Assembly (NCBI GenBank): GCA_002245135.1
Contig: NGBS01000328.1
Span: forward strand, 1 to 54,329
DNA: 54,329 nucleotides
Reading direction: 5' to 3'
DNA from: Proteromonas lacertae
Lineage: Eukaryota
In this document: in pieces, positions 39,550 to 53,065 of the stretch
How the letters are laid out: each line of letters starts with the position of its first letter
How positions within the stretch are numbered: the first letter of the stretch is position 1
Notes under the pieces: generated by a model
Seen by the model: only the letters and a program-made list of their open reading frames with translations
Told to the model about the DNA's origin: nothing
Database searches by the model: none
Translations under genes and position numbers: made by a program

Positions 39550-42500
39550 ATGAAGGGATTTAGCTTAAAAGGTAAATTTGCTAAACTTCAGCAAAGTGTG
39601 AAAGCTAATGTTGATAAAGTTAAAAACCAAATAGAACAACATCAACAGAAATCTTCTGAACAAGATACTCCAATAGAGAGTGGAAGTGCAGAAGTAACAC
39701 CAGTAGGTAATGAAGAGAATGAAGAAGAAGTATATGATGATGAAGAAGTAAGTAACGACGAAGAAGAGAAAGATTTAAAGAAATCTGTATCAAGTAAATT
39801 TAAAAATGCAAATCCTATGAAATTCATGAAAAATATGGCATCTTCATCCAATAAATTCGTGAAATCATTCGGTCAGAAGTCAATGGCTAAAATCAGTGAA
39901 TCTACGAAGAGTATAGCACATATAACATCAAATGTAACAACAAACATCACAAAACCAGTCAATATCTTTACCAAAGTTGAAATATCGCAGAAGTTTATAA
40001 TGCCAGCTGATTTAGCAATAGAAAAGAAGAGTGCCAAACAAATTGAAGTATAATAATTATTAATATAGTAATTAGAAACAAAATCGTACTAAAGATATAG
40101 ATGCACAAGTTCTACAGATGTTCAGTGAAGAATTTTTCAATGATAAATATGACCCGCTTCCAGAAGTTCTTGTATATATATGTGTATATATAATTATTAT
40201 ATAGGAGAGTTTACCTGCTGAATGTGACGAAGAAGAATTTGATTTATGGATTATGAAAATGACAACTGAAAAGAATGTTCAATTACAAATCGTAGATGAG
40301 AATTTAAATAAATGCATTAGTAGTAATCAAGGTAGATTTGTTGAAGGAATAGAGACAATCAATGAATTTGATTTAGATATACATAGAGCTGAGATCTCTT
40401 TATCCAATTCACGTAGACAATTGACATTAGTTCAAAATAGTATGATTGTTCCAGCATTGAAGATAGTGAATATGAAAAGGAGAAAAATGAGGCTTTTATT
40501 CGTATTGAATAAAGTTGACACAATAATAAAACTATTCGATTTAGATAGTCAATTAACAACTTTAATAAAAGAAAAGAAGTTAGGAGAAGCAGTGAAGATA
40601 GCTGTTCAATTACAGTCAATATTAGATGATAATAGTGTGAAAGAAATAGAATTATTAGAACCATTAGAACAAAGAGTGAAATTATCAATGAGTGAGTTAA
40701 AGGATATATTAAGTACTGGTTTAAGTGATATTATATTGAATTTCAATATTGATAACTATGAAGGTGCATTATATTCATTGATTGTATTGAATAAGAAAGG
40801 TAATAATAATGATAATAATGGAATATCACAACTAGCTGAACATATCAAAGAGTATTTATATATAATAATAATATATAATATAGAGCTTGTAAACAATTGA
40901 TTGAAACTGAAAGTCGTAAGAAACTGATCGATTTATTAATCGAAATAGATAGTAATAAATTCAATGGAGATGAATTAGAAGAGAAATCATTTGAAGAAAT
41001 ATGTGAAGTAATTCCATACAAATCAGTAGTAATTGGTTTAATAAGAATATATGAAGTTATCACTAATATAATACACACCCATTTCTTAATATGTCAATAT
41101 CACGCTAAACCATTCTCTAATGAATCTCATGATATGAAATATCTACATGAATTACAAGTAGAAAGTGTAGATGAAGATGTGATAAGAAATGCAAAGAATA
41201 ATATAATAAAAACAAATAATATAAGTTATAATGAAGGTGATTTCTTGACTGTATTAAATGAATTAATAGAATCAAAGAATGAGATATGGGAGAAAGCTGA
41301 AGAACAAGTTTCTATGTATATAAGAAATGTTGGAATTGATAATGCAAAGTATAAAATTGAACATTGGTTAGCTTTGATTGATAATTCCGATATATTCTGT
41401 AATGTATGTATTTTATTTTTAATATAATTCAATATTATATTCTTTATAGCTTGGCTTGTATTATGTTGGTAGTGAAGAATCGTATGTAATTAGAAATGCT
41501 TTGAGAGATAAAAGTGCTGATTATTTCGAAATATTACACAAAGCATCTAAAGATATACTACTTTCTACATTAGAAACTGAAGAATGGAAGAGAATACCAG
41601 TTAGTTTACAATCAATGGGAGGAATAGCTCAATTAATATCTCAACATAGAATATATCATCGATATGTAAGAGATACAAGTGAAGATGAACATATACTCAC
41701 CGCTTATCATGAAACTGGCAATCCATTTAAAGATCGAAATTTAGAATCAACACCATTGATATTTTATAAAGCTCCATCAATGACAATTGATGAGAATGAT
41801 ACTTCTCCATTAGGTAAAGATATTATAACTTCTAGTGCAATTAATGGATTTATTAAATGTACAGGTATTTATGTTCAGTTTATGGAATGTATACCAATTA
41901 TTGCAATGGAAATATTTGAAAGACTATGCGATGTATATATATCAATATCATATTATTATTTTTATAGTTGTTTAAAATCTATGTTTATTATGTCTATTCA
42001 TTATTCAAACCACATGATGAATTGGTTCAATGGTTAACTGATTGTAGAAGTAATAAAATCACTTACTTAAATCTTTATAACTTACTATGTGATGGATATA
42101 AAGCTTATTTTGGTAAAGACATGGAAGATACATTTATACCATCTCCATTATATCCAGAAGTAGTAACAAATCTAAGATTACAAACAACAGGAAGCGCCTT
42201 TCATTTTGAACAAAGAGGTGTAGCAATAGAATCCATTGCATTCTTAATAAAAGTAATAAAAAGAGTAGGAAGAGATATAGTATCAATTGCACCAGAATTA
42301 ACCTCAGAAATAATAGATGATTTTGTAAGTGAAGTATCAATTGCTTATTCTCAATTAGAAGAAGATATTTATAAATCAAATGCAAAACAATTATCAGATT
42401 TAGACGTTAATACTATTCCTACAATGATCACTAATGTAAAATGGAATAGCAATAAAAGGAATATGGAACAAAATCAATATATGGTGACTATATTAAAAGA

Positions 42501-43012
42501 ATTACATCGTATCTGGAGAACAATTGGTTCATTGATTGAATGTCAAACATTAAACGAATCATCAGTAGTTACATTATGGACTTATGTAATTGGTGATTAT
42601 TGTCAGAAGTTATTAGAAGGTTATTCTTCCATAAAGAAATGTTCTGAAGAAGGAAGAAGTAATATGAGTATGGATTTTGCAGGAATTGAAACTTTGTTAT
42701 TAGAAACACATAAACTAAAGTATTTATAACATTATTTATATTTATATGATGTATTATTATTATTATTAATAGTGGTGCTGGTGGTATTAGTTTAGCTCCT
42801 GTCAGGAATTATATCAATGCTTATTATATGGAAGCACAAGAGATTCTTGAATTAGCTAAAAGAAATACTGTATTCTTTATATTTATATATAAATATAGAA
42901 GGATTATACATATGAACAAATAATAGCATTAGCAAACTGTATAAATAAATTCAGTAGAAAAGATATGAATCAATTTGTTGATTCTTTGAAAATAATCTAT
43001 AATAAAAATTAA
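39550..43012 (+). CDS. VPS50: VPS50/syndetin (EARP complex subunit)
   Basis: LETEEW, and C-terminal LLEGYSSIKKCSEEGRSNMSMDF and YINAYY, matching the syndetin C-terminal pattern. Confidence 0.85.
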
Positions 43013-45524
43013 TAATTATATATATATTGATTGTTTTGAATGTATCATATAAACAAATTATACTTAGAACAATTCTAAAATAATTAAGATGAATTAGTTA
43101 TACATTAAGCATAGTGTTTCCTCATTTTCTTTTATACATTCTAAAATGAATTTATTAACTAATAAATCAATGAAAATACAATTCTATTCTTCAATCAGCC
43201 ATTTAGTTAAAGTTACATTCATATTAAACCAACTTCTGCCAATATATACATACGGGTCTAACTCATCTGGAAGATTTGTAAATAAAATATTATTATTTCC
43301 ATATTTGTCAATAATTGAGAATGTTTTTTTCTTCATGTCAAATATTACTTCACAACTGCAATCACCCAAATCTATTTTATTTAGTTTTTGCATTATACCA
43401 ATATTACCATAACAGTTTCTATGAAGTAGATATATCTCACAATATTTGCCATGCTGATTACTATACATATTAGCTGATTCTACAGCCCCTATATAGAAAT
43501 CAAGAAATGCACATGAAGATGAGAAATAAAAGTGGTAGATTGATTTTTCCATCTTTACATTTAACAAACATCTTCTCCCATATTCGCAAGTATAATAAGA
43601 AATTGTTCTTTTATCTGTGCGAAGTAAAATATGTTCATCGTAAGTAAAATGAAATTCTAAAGAATATATTTATATTCTTATACTATCATAAACCTCTAAT
43701 CTCATTTTATATTCTTTTGCATTCCATGTATTCTTAGCAACTACAATTAAACCACCTTCATATGGTTTACTTACTAATCCACTAATTTCACCTGTCTCTT
43801 TATTAAATGATAAACCATTTGGTAATTCTATTGATAAAATTATGACATTTATACTTGATTTGAGATAGAATTCTTCTACATCTCCATCAACTATTGGTTT
43901 TAAACATCCTTTTATATTTAAATATATCACTCCTTCATATTTAAATCCTTTTATTTTTCTATCTATCAATATTACATTACATCTTTTATATACTTTTTAT
44001 TCTTATTCTTTTTCTTTCATCTTTTATAATCTCATTTATTAATTCATTCTCTCTATCTTCAATTCCTTTATTATGAATATAATAATATATATTGTTAATG
44101 TTTTCAGCATGCTTTAATAAGATTTTATCATTTTCAATTATATCATATACAATTTCCATTCCACATTTCTCTACCATTACATCCAGTATTTGATATAATT
44201 CACTTTCGTTTTCTCTCATAAATGTAAATAAACATTTCAAAATATTTTCATTTCTTTTCTTTCTTTTCATAAAATCATTCAATTTATATTCATTTAATAA
44301 TTCGTCTAATAATTCTTTATTTTCTTCATAGATTAAACATAAGTCATTTTCATATATCAATAACATTACCATCATTTTAATAATCATATTTCCTTCAACT
44401 AATAACATTTCTAAATCTATTATGTTTTTCTTAACAATCTCATTATTGATCATTTCTTCTTCTATTAAAAATAGAATAGAAATGGTTTATACTTTTCATT
44501 TCGATTTCTTCATTTTCTCTTGGATAATTGTCTATCAGATATTCATATAATATTTCATTTTTGATTTTTGGAATTGAGATATATCTTATTAACTGATTTA
44601 TTTCATTTTCATTTATTCTGTTCATTATCTCTTTCATCATTTCATTTTCTTCTTCATTCAAATATTTCTCATTATTTAACATATAACCATTCAATAATTC
44701 TTTTAATTCACTTCTATTTCCATTAAATATTACTTTATTACTAAAGATTTCTTTTATACTATTCACATTCATCTCATTCATCATTTTATCATTCAATAAT
44801 CGATAATTCTTCATACTTAAGTATTTATTCATTTCTATCTTCATTTCTAATAGATTCTTATTCTCAAGTATGTATTTCTCATTCAATAATTCAACAATTA
44901 CTCTTTTATTTTTATACATTCTTTTCATTATATATTCTTTCAGTATGTTCAACAATCTATTCTCATTGTAACAAACACAAATCAATAACAGTTTAACACA
45001 GTTATTATCTTCAACATTTATATCATTTCCTTCATAATATCTTTCTAACATCAGAAATACATCTTTATTACATCCTTCATATAACTCTAATGGTTCTTTA
45101 AACTCTTTATCTTCTAAAATCTCTCGAAATGTATCATTACAACAACACAATAATGATTTTAATGTTTTCATTTCAACATCTTCAACTAATACTCTCAAAT
45201 CACCATATCCACACTTTATCATTTTTCGAATAAGACTATGTAGATATATTATAGCATAATTGAGCCGATTGATTATTATACCCTTCATTTTTATGTATAT
45301 TTGATTTAATTATCATTTCTATAGTCTTAAAATTGATAAAATATGTAAAAGCTTGATACTTGTCAAATCAATGTAATTTACATGTTTAATGTCATAATCA
45401 ATTTTTCATTCATTTCATGTATAAAATATAGATATAAAGGTATAAATATTTATAAATAATTAATTTTCAGTTTGTATTTTTAGAACAGCTTCATAAAATA
45501 TAGTTTCCATCCCCTTTTCTTTAA
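40567..45524. repeat. Left arm of a ~4.96 kb inverted segmental duplication
   Basis: Mirror coordinates sum to 93137-93138 for all paired ORFs. Confidence 0.97.
43184..45316 (-). CDS. BTB-like / He_PIG-type Ig / SPRY-like protein, copy 1
   Basis: Five exons joined by short introns. BTB-like GDLRVLVEDVEM..LKSLLCCCNDTF, then LPNGLSFNKETGEISG, then a SPRY-like C-terminus. Confidence 0.7.
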
Positions 45525-46379
45525 TATAAAGCATATACGAACATGGTATTCCTTTTACCATATTTTTTACAATTAGATCCAGATATTAAGTTTATTACTA
45601 GAGTTGTTGTTACTGTTATTTTTCCTTTGCTAAATAACTAAAAGCCAGTGGGTGTGTCAGATTCACCATTTAAATTCCAATAAATCTTCTTCTCAAACAT
45701 CTTTCCTAATTCTGCTACAATTTTCGATGCTTATTATCAACATTGTTAGTTTATTACTTCATCTACATATTCATTTTAATTGTAACAACCAAAAACAATA
45801 TTCTCGTTCATATTCTAGCACCACTGTGTCTTTGTATATTAATCATAAAACCACATAATAATATTTCTTATTCATCTATTGAATAAGGAGCTTAAAAAAT
45901 AAAAAATTTAAAATCATTCAAACTTGAGGTTTGCTTTGTGAAAATGTTTTGTTTATTTTTTCATTTAAATAAACAAACATATTATTACGAAAATAATTGG
46001 AGGTCCTAATTGCAGATATTATGAACTTTTATTTGGATCTCAATTTTTAAAACTAATGTCAAAATGAATTAATCATAAGTAAACGAAATTCACAGATAGT
46101 TTCAGAAACTCTTAATTACATATCTATATCCAGAAGAAATTTAATATAAAGGCTGTAACACCACTAGAAATAGGGTGTTAAAAATTTGAACAGCCGTTCT
46201 AAAAATAAGTTTTCGGTTAATGCTGATAAGAAGAGACAAATTATTGACGCTAAAGGAATTCACATGTAGATGTTTGTTGATAATTTTATAAATTCTGTCA
46301 AATGTTGTTTTAAAAATGATTTGTTTGTATGGAATTCTGAAAATAACTATAATTAATAATTATTGTTGTTATTTTGAAT

Positions 46380-46700
46380 ATATTTAAGCATCTTGATGGT
46401 GCTTCATCATATGTTAAATCTTGATAGATCTTCTTTTAAGAATTATTAAAGAAATCGTGCCTGATTTAGTTGCCTCATTTTATTTATATGATAGACTTGT
46501 CAGGAGAAGGAAATTAAAGCTTTTGAAAAATAGAATTCGTCAAAGTAGACAAGAAGATGTTTTGATGGACAGTAGAAAGGGAATGTTCTAATGACTTATC
46601 TATACTCATGTATGTGTACATATACTATAAAATTTTATATGTGTTTTGGTGATTAAACCTATTCTAAATGAAAACAGAACATTTTTAACATTTAGGGGTA
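46380..46700 (+). pseudogene. Degraded coding remnant, weakly Fanzor/TnpB-like
   Basis: Translation SFYLYDRLVRRRKLKLLKNRIRQSRQEDVLMDSRKGMF* followed by MCFGD*. Resemblance judged by eye only. Confidence 0.3.
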
Positions 46701-46762
46701 TGAATTTTTTTTTTTGTTCCGATTTTTAAAACATTATTTTTGATAGTTGAATGAAATAAAAT

Positions 46763-47678
46763 ATGTCTAATTTATATTCAAACTGTATGCAAATATTGGA
46801 TGAAATAGAATCGTTGAATGCCATATTTTCTGCTGGTATATTTGTCAACATATCTTTGTTGTAATTAGAAGAACTAAACTACGATTTTAATTACATTGCA
46901 TCATTGAAAGATATTTTAAGAGAAGATAATAAAGATGTAAAAATTGACTCTCTTCATCAATTTGATTTATCTCTTAATATAAATGTATTATCACCTGTTA
47001 CACATGATCTAGAAAGAAATTAATGATGAAATATCCATTAAATACACAGTTGGTTTTACTATTCCACCAGAATATCCAGATATTAAACCAATGGTTTCAT
47101 TTACAACTCCTCAACTTACAAATTCTCAACAAAATGAGATTCAATATAATATAGAGAAATTCTTACTATCAAATCAGAATTATGAAGTGATTATCTATTC
47201 AACATATTTGTTTGTTGAAGATGAACTTTTATCATTATTAGAAAAGAGTAATGATGATAATAACAAATCAGAAACTTCATCATCACAGAAAATATATTTA
47301 GGATTTCGAATAATGTGGTTTCATCATATTAGAAATCCACTTAAACGCAAAGCAATAATCAATTGGTCATCAGAATTAGGTTTATATGGTGGTACAAAGA
47401 TAGGATATCCTGGAGTAGTATATATTGAAGGATTAGAAGAAAGTTGTTGTGAAATGGTTAGAAGATTAAAAACTCTTAGATGGAAAGCTATTGTTGTTAG
47501 ATATGTAGATAAAATACTCTGTAATGATATGGAAGACCTTGATAAGAAAAGAACCTTCCCTAAAAAGTTCACAGAATATGGAAATGATGAATTGAATGAG
47601 GTGTTTAAAATATTTAAAGAAAAGGGGATGGAAACTATATTTTATGAAGCTGTTCTAAAAATACAAACTGAAAATTAA
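46763..47678 (+). CDS. RWD domain plus DUF1115 protein (RWDD2-like)
   Basis: DEIESLNAIF, PPEYP and WFHHIRNPLKRKAIINWSSELGLYGGTKIGYPGVVYIEG. Confidence 0.88.
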
Positions 47679-47821
47679 TTATTTATAAATATTTATACCT
47701 TTATATCTATATTTTATACATGAAATGAATGAAAAATTGATTATGACATTAAACATGTAAATTACATTGATTTGACAAGTATCAAGCTTTTTCATATTTT
47801 ATCAATTTTAAGACTATAGAA

Positions 47822-49954
47822 ATGATAATTAAATCAAATATACATAAAAATGAAGGGTATAATAATCAATCGGCTCAATTATGCTATAATATATCTACAT
47901 AGTCTTATTCGAAAAATGATAAAGTGTGGATATGGTGATTTGAGAGTATTAGTTGAAGATGTTGAAATGAAAACATTAAAATCATTATTGTGTTGTTGTA
48001 ATGATACATTTCGAGAGATTTTAGAAGATAAAGAGTTTAAAGAACCATTAGAGTTATATGAAGGATGTAATAAAGATGTATTTCTGATGTTAGAAAGATA
48101 TTATGAAGGAAATGATATAAATGTTGAAGATAATAACTGTGTTAAACTGTTATTGATTTGTGTTTGTTACAATGAGAATAGATTGTTGAACATACTGAAA
48201 GAATATATAATGAAAAGAATGTATAAAAATAAAAGAGTAATTGTTGAATTATTGAATGAGAAATACATACTTGAGAATAAGAATCTATTAGAAATGAAGA
48301 TAGAAATGAATAAATACTTAAGTATGAAGAATTATCGATTATTGAATGATAAAATGATAAATGAGATGAATGTGAATAGTATAAAAGAAATCTTTAGTAA
48401 TGAAGTAATATTTAATGGAAATAGAAGTGAATTAAAAGAATTATTGAATGGTTATATGTTAAATAATGAGAAATATTTGAATGAAGAAGAAAATGAAATG
48501 ATGAAAGAGATAATGAACAGAATAAATGAAAATGAAATAAATCAGTTAATAAGATATATCTCAATTCCAAAAATCAAAAATGAAATATTATATGAATATC
48601 TGATAGACAATTATCCAAGAGAAAATGAAGAAATCGAAATGAAAAGTATAAACCATTTCTATTCTATTTTTAATAGAAGAAGAAATGATCAATAATGAGA
48701 TTGTTAAGAAAAACATAATAGATTTAGAAATGTTATTAGTTGAAGGAAATATGATTATTAAAATGATGGTAATGTTATTGATATATGAAAATGACTTATG
48801 TTTAATCTATGAAGAAAATAAAGAATTATTAGACGAATTATTAAATGAATATAAATTGAATGATTTTATGAAAAGAAAGAAAAGAAATGAAAATATTTTG
48901 AAATGTTTATTTACATTTATGAGAGAAAACGAAAGTGAATTATATCAAATACTGGATGTAATGGTAGAGAAATGTGGAATGGAAATTGTATATGATATAA
49001 TTGAAAATGATAAAATCTTATTAAAGCATGCTGAAAACATTAACAATATATATTATTATATTCATAATAAAGGAATTGAAGATAGAGAGAATGAATTAAT
49101 AAATGAGATTATAAAAGATGAAAGAAAAAGAATAAGAATAAAAAGTATATAAAAGATGTAATGTAATATTGATAGATAGAAAAATAAAAGGATTTAAATA
49201 TGAAGGAGTGATATATTTAAATATAAAAGGATGTTTAAAACCAATAGTTGATGGAGATGTAGAAGAATTCTATCTCAAATCAAGTATAAATGTCATAATT
49301 TTATCAATAGAATTACCAAATGGTTTATCATTTAATAAAGAGACAGGTGAAATTAGTGGATTAGTAAGTAAACCATATGAAGGTGGTTTAATTGTAGTTG
49401 CTAAGAATACATGGAATGCAAAAGAATATAAAATGAGATTAGAGGTTTATGATAGTATAAGAATATAAATATATTCTTTAGAATTTCATTTTACTTACGA
49501 TGAACATATTTTACTTCGCACAGATAAAAGAACAATTTCTTATTATACTTGCGAATATGGGAGAAGATGTTTGTTAAATGTAAAGATGGAAAAATCAATC
49601 TACCACTTTTATTTCTCATCTTCATGTGCATTTCTTGATTTCTATATAGGGGCTGTAGAATCAGCTAATATGTATAGTAATCAGCATGGCAAATATTGTG
49701 AGATATATCTACTTCATAGAAACTGTTATGGTAATATTGGTATAATGCAAAAACTAAATAAAATAGATTTGGGTGATTGCAGTTGTGAAGTAATATTTGA
49801 CATGAAGAAAAAAACATTCTCAATTATTGACAAATATGGAAATAATAATATTTTATTTACAAATCTTCCAGATGAGTTAGACCCGTATGTATATATTGGC
49901 AGAAGTTGGTTTAATATGAATGTAACTTTAACTAAATGGCTGATTGAAGAATAG
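47822..49954 (+). CDS. BTB-like / He_PIG-type Ig / SPRY-like protein, copy 2
   Basis: Mirror of 43184-45316 with two amino-acid differences (M/I and K/E). Confidence 0.7.
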
Positions 49955-50125
49955 AATTGTATTTTCATTGATTTATTAGTTAATAAATTCATTTTAGAAT
50001 GTATAAAAGAAAATGAGGAAACACTATGCTTAATGTATAACTAATTCATCTTAATTATTTTAGAATTGTTCTAAGTATAATTTGTTTATATGATACATTC
50101 AAAACAATCAATATATATATAATTA

Positions 50126-52571
50126 TTAATTTTTATTATAGATTATTTTCAAAGAATCAACAAATTGATTCATATCTTTTCTACTGAATTTATTTATACA
50201 GTTTGCTAATGCTATTATTTGTTCATATGTATAATCCTTCTATATTTATATATAAATATAAAGAATACAGTATTTCTTTTAGCTAATTCAAGAATCTCTT
50301 GTGCTTCCATATAATAAGCATTGATATAATTCCTGACAGGAGCTAAACTAATACCACCAGCACCACTATTAATAATAATAATAATACATCATATAAATAT
50401 AAATAATGTTATAAATACTTTAGTTTATGTGTTTCTAATAACAAAGTTTCAATTCCTGCAAAATCCATACTCATATTACTTCTTCCTTCTTCAGAACATT
50501 TCTTTATGGAAGAATAACCTTCTAATAACTTCTGACAATAATCACCAATTACATAAGTCCATAATGTAACTACTGATGATTCGTTTAATGTTTGACATTC
50601 AATCAATGAACCAATTGTTCTCCAGATACGATGTAATTCTTTTAATATAGTCACCATATATTGATTTTGTTCCATATTCCTTTTATTGCTATTCCATTTT
50701 ACATTAGTGATCATTGTAGGAATAGTATTAACGTCTAAATCTGATAATTGTTTTGCATTTGATTTATAAATATCTTCTTCTAATTGAGAATAAGCAATTG
50801 ATACTTCACTTACAAAATCATCTATTATTTCTGAGGTTAATTCTGGTGCAATTGATACTATATCTCTTCCTACTCTTTTTATTACTTTTATTAAGAATGC
50901 AATGGATTCTATTGCTACACCTCTTTGTTCAAAATGAAAGGCGCTTCCTGTTGTTTGTAATCTTAGATTTGTTACTACTTCTGGATATAATGGAGATGGT
51001 ATAAATGTATCTTCCATGTCTTTACCAAAATAAGCTTTATATCCATCACATAGTAAGTTATAAAGATTTAAGTAAGTGATTTTATTACTTCTACAATCAG
51101 TTAACCATTGAACCAATTCATCATGTGGTTTGAATAATGAATAGACATAATAAACATAGATTTTAAACAACTATAAAAATAATAATATGATATTGATATA
51201 TATACATCGCATAGTCTTTCAAATATTTCCATTGCAATAATTGGTATACATTCCATAAACTGAACATAATACCTGTACATTTAATAAATCCATTAATTGC
51301 ACTAGAAGTTATAATATCTTTACCTAATGGAGAAGTATCATTCTCATCAATTGTCATTGATGGAGCTTTATAAAATATCAATGGTGTTGATTCTAAATTT
51401 CGATCTTTAAATGGATTGCCAATTTCATGATAAGCGGTGAGTATATGTTCATCTTCACTTGTATCTCTTACATATCGATGATATATTCTATGTTGAGATA
51501 TTAATTGAGCTATTCCTCCCATTGATTGTAAACTAACTGGTATTCTCTTCCATTCTTCAGTTTCTAATGTAGAAAGTAGTATATCTTTAGATGCTTTGTG
51601 TAATATTTCGAAATAATCAGCACTTTTATCTCTCAATGCATTTCTAATTACATACGATTCTTCACTACCAACATAATACAAGCCAAGCTATAAAGAATAT
51701 AATATTGAATTATATTAAAAATAAAATACATACATTACAGAATATATCGGAATTATCAATCAAAGCTAACCAATGTTCAATTTTATACTTTGCATTATCA
51801 ATTCCAACATTTCTTATATACATAGAAACTTGTTCTTCAGCTTTCTCCCATATCTCATTCTTTGATTCTATTAATTCATTTAATACAGTCAAGAAATCAC
51901 CTTCATTATAACTTATATTATTTGTTTTTATTATATTATTCTTTGCATTTCTTATCACATCTTCATCTACACTTTCTACTTGTAATTCATGTAGATATTT
52001 CATATCATGAGATTCATTAGAGAATGGTTTAGCGTGATATTGACATATTAAGAAATGGGTGTGTATTATATTAGTGATAACTTCATATATTCTTATTAAA
52101 CCAATTACTACTGATTTGTATGGAATTACTTCACATATTTCTTCAAATGATTTCTCTTCTAATTCATCTCCATTGAATTTATTACTATCTATTTCGATTA
52201 ATAAATCGATCAGTTTCTTACGACTTTCAGTTTCAATCAATTGTTTACAAGCTCTATATTATATATTATTATTATATATAAATACTCTTTGATATGTTCA
52301 GCTAGTTGTGATATTCCATTATTATCATTATTATTACCTTTCTTATTCAATACAATCAATGAATATAATGCACCTTCATAGTTATCAATATTGAAATTCA
52401 ATATAATATCACTTAAAACCAGTACTTAATATATCCTTTAACTCACTCATTGATAATTTCACTCTTTGTTCTAATGGTTCTAATAATTCTATTTCTTTCA
52501 CACTATTATCATCTAATATTGACTGTAATTGAACAGCTATCTTCACTGCTTCTCCTAACTTCTTTTCTTTT
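50126..52571 (-). pseudogene. 5'-truncated VPS50 duplicate
   Basis: Lacks the first ~1 kb of VPS50 and has 1-nt indels at ~51270 and ~52417. Confidence 0.85.
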
Positions 52572-53065
52572 GGTGAAACAAAATATAAACCTTTATATAT
52601 ATATAACTCTATAAAAAAACGAATTAACCAACGGTAGATGAGTTTTTACTATTCATAAAAATGACAAACCGTTTGGCTTGATAAAAATGTATTATACTGT
52701 ATTTTTATATTTTCTCATTTATAATCATTTAAAGTAAATTGTTGTGATATCAGCACTATATATTATACGTAATTTAACTTCTGATAATGTTAGACACATT
52801 TGTAGAGGTGTATTTAGTCAAATTTCTCTGTGTTAGGTTATATTGAATAATAAAAGGAGATATTAATTAATATTGGTATTAATTTAAGTGGAATTAGAAG
52901 AATATAGGTAATAAAATCAGTAATAAATTACGATTTATTGAGAAGTATATATTTGACCAACAGATGGTCAAGACCAAACCAATAGTTTCAGCCAGACCTC
53001 CATACGCAGATCGATTTATAAACTAATTGTAACAAACATATAAACACAAGAAACGAAAATGTTCT

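Larger units (their letters stand above)
47614..52571. repeat. Right arm of the inverted segmental duplication
   Basis: Reverse complement of 40567-45524 with only a handful of differences seen. Confidence 0.97.

Noticed and set aside
52953..52971. TTGACCA/TGGTCAA hairpin near the breakpoint
   Set aside because: A 7-bp stem with no second copy is expected by chance.
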